Source: Candidatus Micrarchaeota archaeon (GTDB lineage: Archaea > Micrarchaeota > Micrarchaeia > Anstonellales > Bilamarchaeaceae). From it: DNA of 49,191 nt. The notes beneath the pieces were generated by a model that saw only the letters and a list, made by a program, of their open reading frames with translations, did no database searches and was not told the DNA's origin. The first letter of the stretch is position 1, and every line of letters begins with the position of its first letter. Of the stretch, positions 46,616-49,191 are shown one piece after another. A program made the translations under genes and the position numbers. Location of the stretch: NCBI GenBank assembly GCA_964435235.1, contig CAYSXZ010000032.1, positions 1-49,191 on the forward strand, read 5' to 3'.

Positions 46616-47203
46616 ATGTTGTCCCGCTCTCTGATGGGAATCGACCTCGCAGGAAGCGAGAGAAGGCGAACTGGCTGGGCAATCCTCAGCCACAAAATAT
46701 TCGAATTTGGCGTTGCGCACAAAGATGAAGAGCTGCTCGCACTCGCAAAAAAATATAAAGTAAAGGAAGCGATAATAGATGCTCCGCTTACGCTTCCTAA
46801 GGGAAGGAAAAGTATAGAAGAACGAAGTAGGCACCACTTTCGAGAGTGTGATTTACTTCTGCGAAAGGAAGGGATCCGCTTCTTTCCAATAACACTTGGT
46901 CCGATGAGAATGCTCACAAAGCGTGGAATGGCTTTGAAGAAAAAATTTGAGCAACTTGGCATAAAGGTCTTTGAAGGGTTCCCTGGTGCAAGCTACGATA
47001 GATTTGGTGTTCCAAGAAAAGATAAGATGGCGATCTGCAGGCTACTGAAAAGATTTGGTTTTCCTTCTCCTGCAAGTGCAACTCAGGATGAACTCGATGC
47101 GCTGATTCTTCTTCTCACCTTATTTTTGAAAACGAAAAAGCTAAACTGTGATTTTGCTGGTAGGGATGGAAGGATCGTCGCACCAGCGCCTATTTGTAAG
47201 TAA
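46616..47203 (+). CDS. DUF429-family predicted nuclease (RNase H-like fold)
   Basis: MGIDLAG, IIDAPL, RECD, E.FP, DELDA. Confidence 0.8.
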   Translation: MLSRSLMGIDLAGSERRRTGWAILSHKIFEFGVAHKDEELLALAKKYKVKEAIIDAPLTLPKGRKSIEERSRHHFRECDLLLRKEGIRFFPITLGPMRMLTKRGMALKKKFEQLGIKVFEGFPGASYDRFGVPRKDKMAICRLLKRFGFPSPASATQDELDALILLLTLFLKTKKLNCDFAGRDGRIVAPAPICK

Positions 47204-47951
47204 TCCTGCTCTTTCCATTTGGTATTATTTCTAGAATCTCAGTAACATCTATGCCTAGTCGCTTTGCAATTTCCCGTGCGATCTCTCCCTTTTCCTTTCC
47301 TCCTGTTGATGGCACAAGCAGGAGCTCTTCCTTAAGTATTTTCTTTGAGCGCTCTGGCAGGATTTCTGCTCCATTTTCTCCGATGCCAACCTTCACCCCA
47401 AGCTTTGTACCTCTGAACCATCTTCTCTCTCCAGTTATTGCGAATGCGCCTGTTTGGACAAAACCACCGGAGACCGCTTTTAAGAGTTGCTCCTTTCGTA
47501 CAGCATAGACATCAACGCTTGCATTTCCATTCTTCCATGCATTTGAAAAACTTGCTGCAAACTGGGCTGCTTCGAGCAACTCCTCTTCGCTTGCCTTCAT
47601 TCCATCCTTCAGTATCACTGCAGAGCCTCCTTGAATGTCTGCATGGAAGAACAAGTCATTATCTGTCATGTATTTCCTAACAGCGATGTCATTTTGCTGC
47701 GCATTCTTTCCGCCTATCGCAAGCCTCCCTCCAGATGTGTAGAACCAATGAAACTTCTCAAACCATTCCTTCTCGCGCTTTATTCTGACCTTCTTTGCTT
47801 CTTTCTTGGCTTTCGTCCTTTCGATTTCCTTTTTCGTCTCCTCAATTGCCTTCTCTACGCCTTCTGCCTTTTTCCTCGCTTTCTTTGCTAGCTCATAGTA
47901 GTAAGCAGCATTCTCGTGGATTGATTTGTTTATGAACAATTTTATTCGCAT
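47190..47951 (-). CDS. NFACT-R (DUF814) domain protein, corresponding to the C-terminal half of Rqc2/RqcH
   Basis: ENAAYYYELAKKARKK coiled coil, WFEKFHWF, GGKNAQQND, FHADIQG, GAFAI.G. Confidence 0.85.
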   Translation of the reverse strand: MRIKLFINKSIHENAAYYYELAKKARKKAEGVEKAIEETKKEIERTKAKKEAKKVRIKREKEWFEKFHWFYTSGGRLAIGGKNAQQNDIAVRKYMTDNDLFFHADIQGGSAVILKDGMKASEEELLEAAQFAASFSNAWKNGNASVDVYAVRKEQLLKAVSGGFVQTGAFAITGERRWFRGTKLGVKVGIGENGAEILPERSKKILKEELLLVPSTGGKEKGEIAREIAKRLGIDVTEILEIIPNGKSRITYK

Positions 47952-47960
47952 GAAAGAAAT

Positions 47961-49154
47961 TCAAATGGAAGATTTTAATTCGTTCGTCAATCCTAAAAAT
48001 CCATAAATGTCTGTGAATATCACACGGCAACCGTTTACCATAAGTTCTCCTGATGTTCCTTCATAGAAAACAACAACTGCGAGCTTTGGCTTATATTTAT
48101 CTATGAACGATCTCAGACCTCTTTCTATCTTTTCTGGAGATGCACTTATTTTTGTCTCAACTGGAATTATGAGGTCATTCTTTTCTGCAATAAAATCCAC
48201 TTCAAGCCCTGTTTTTGTCAGCCAGTATTTTACCTGAAAGCCGAGCTTCAAAATCTCAGTCAATACATAATTCTCAAATAACTTTCCTTCCTCCTTCAGA
48301 GAATTTGGAAACCTGTTAGCTATTGCATTCCTCAATCCAGTATCAACAAAATATACCTTCGGCTGTTTTGTAATCTCCTTTAATTTGTTTGTAAAAAACG
48401 GTTGCACCCTCGTTATAAAATAGCTTTTTTCCATCGCGTCCAAGTATTTTTTAACTGTCTGAAAAGAGAGTTTCATCTCACTTGCTACCTTTTCATAAAC
48501 AAGGACATTTCCTATCGAATTAGAGAGGTATCTTGAGAATTCCTCAAGCGAACGTATATCGGCTATAGAAAATGTCTGCGCCACATCCTTTAGCACCATT
48601 GTGGTGTAAAGGTCTCTCAGTAAGGTCAGTTTCATCTCAGTATCTTCTGTTAATACAACCCTTGGATAGCTACCATATACTGCGTGCTCCCAGACGTTCC
48701 TTTTTGTAATCTCCGCAACAGTTTCCTTCTGTCCTTTCGCCCTTAGAAATTCACTGAAGGAGAATGGATAAAGCTTCAGCAGTGTAACCCTCCCGACGAG
48801 CCAAGAAAGCACTTCTTTGCTAAGTACTGTTTGGGAAGATGATGTTACCCAGATCCTGCATCCTTTGTCTGCGAGATACTTCAACTTACTGCCAGCGTCA
48901 TTCCCATACTGAACCTCGTCGAGCACTGTGATTTCTCTGCCTTTAATATACTGGATTTCGAACTTTTTGATATCCTCGTTGAAAAGCCTTCGAGCATCAG
49001 GGTCGTCCAGCATGACGTAGGAAGCATTTAGCCCCTTTATCCTTTCTTTTAAGAAGGTCGTCTTGCCTGCCTGTCTCGGCCCGACTACAGCAACTATATT
49101 ATAGACCCTCGAGACAGATTCGAATTTTTCCTTTATTTCGCGCTCTATGTACAT
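47961..49154 (-). CDS. AAA_14 ATPase with DUF4143 and a C-terminal PD-(D/E)xK-like domain
   Basis: GPRQAGKTT, LDEVQ, GR, GSYP, PKVYFVDTGL, FENYV, EVDF...PVETK. Confidence 0.88.
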   Translation of the reverse strand: MYIEREIKEKFESVSRVYNIVAVVGPRQAGKTTFLKERIKGLNASYVMLDDPDARRLFNEDIKKFEIQYIKGREITVLDEVQYGNDAGSKLKYLADKGCRIWVTSSSQTVLSKEVLSWLVGRVTLLKLYPFSFSEFLRAKGQKETVAEITKRNVWEHAVYGSYPRVVLTEDTEMKLTLLRDLYTTMVLKDVAQTFSIADIRSLEEFSRYLSNSIGNVLVYEKVASEMKLSFQTVKKYLDAMEKSYFITRVQPFFTNKLKEITKQPKVYFVDTGLRNAIANRFPNSLKEEGKLFENYVLTEILKLGFQVKYWLTKTGLEVDFIAEKNDLIIPVETKISASPEKIERGLRSFIDKYKPKLAVVVFYEGTSGELMVNGCRVIFTDIYGFLGLTNELKSSI

Positions 49155-49191
49155 GATGTATTTACGCAGCACAGATTAATAAATCTTACCG

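Overview
Gene-dense chromosomal segment of an archaeon. Class I LysRS, proteasome alpha/beta, aCPSF1/FttA, pelota, Pus10, Tyw1, archaeal MAT, RFC-L, TATA-box promoters and GGTGA-type RBSs all point to Archaea; the compact genome and multi-intron tRNA fit a DPANN lineage such as Micrarchaeota (inference). Most of the window is housekeeping: tRNA modification, translation quality control, purine synthesis (purD, purP-like), TPI, a 2-oxoacid:ferredoxin oxidoreductase, replication and repair. There are four tRNA genes: Ala-CGC, Gly-TCC, Val-GAC, and Gln-CTG, which carries two non-canonical BHB introns. The most interesting accessory items are: (1) a four-gene operon with a membrane-anchored VirB4-N-like protein, a VirB4/HerA-type ATPase, a coiled-coil protein ending in a CdvB-like winged helix, and a 42-aa ORF; (2) a HEAT-repeat gene built of near-identical DNA repeats with a short, adenine-biased hypervariable patch, preceded by a structured element resembling an IS200/IS605 end; (3) a triple Xis/BldC-like HTH protein with upstream repeats; (4) a type IV pilus ATPase/TadC pair linked to lipid-phosphate enzymes; (5) a PRC-barrel cluster that may act in cell division. 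No CRISPR array, rRNA, transposase, integrase or reverse transcriptase was seen. All family calls come from motif recognition by eye; no database searches were run.
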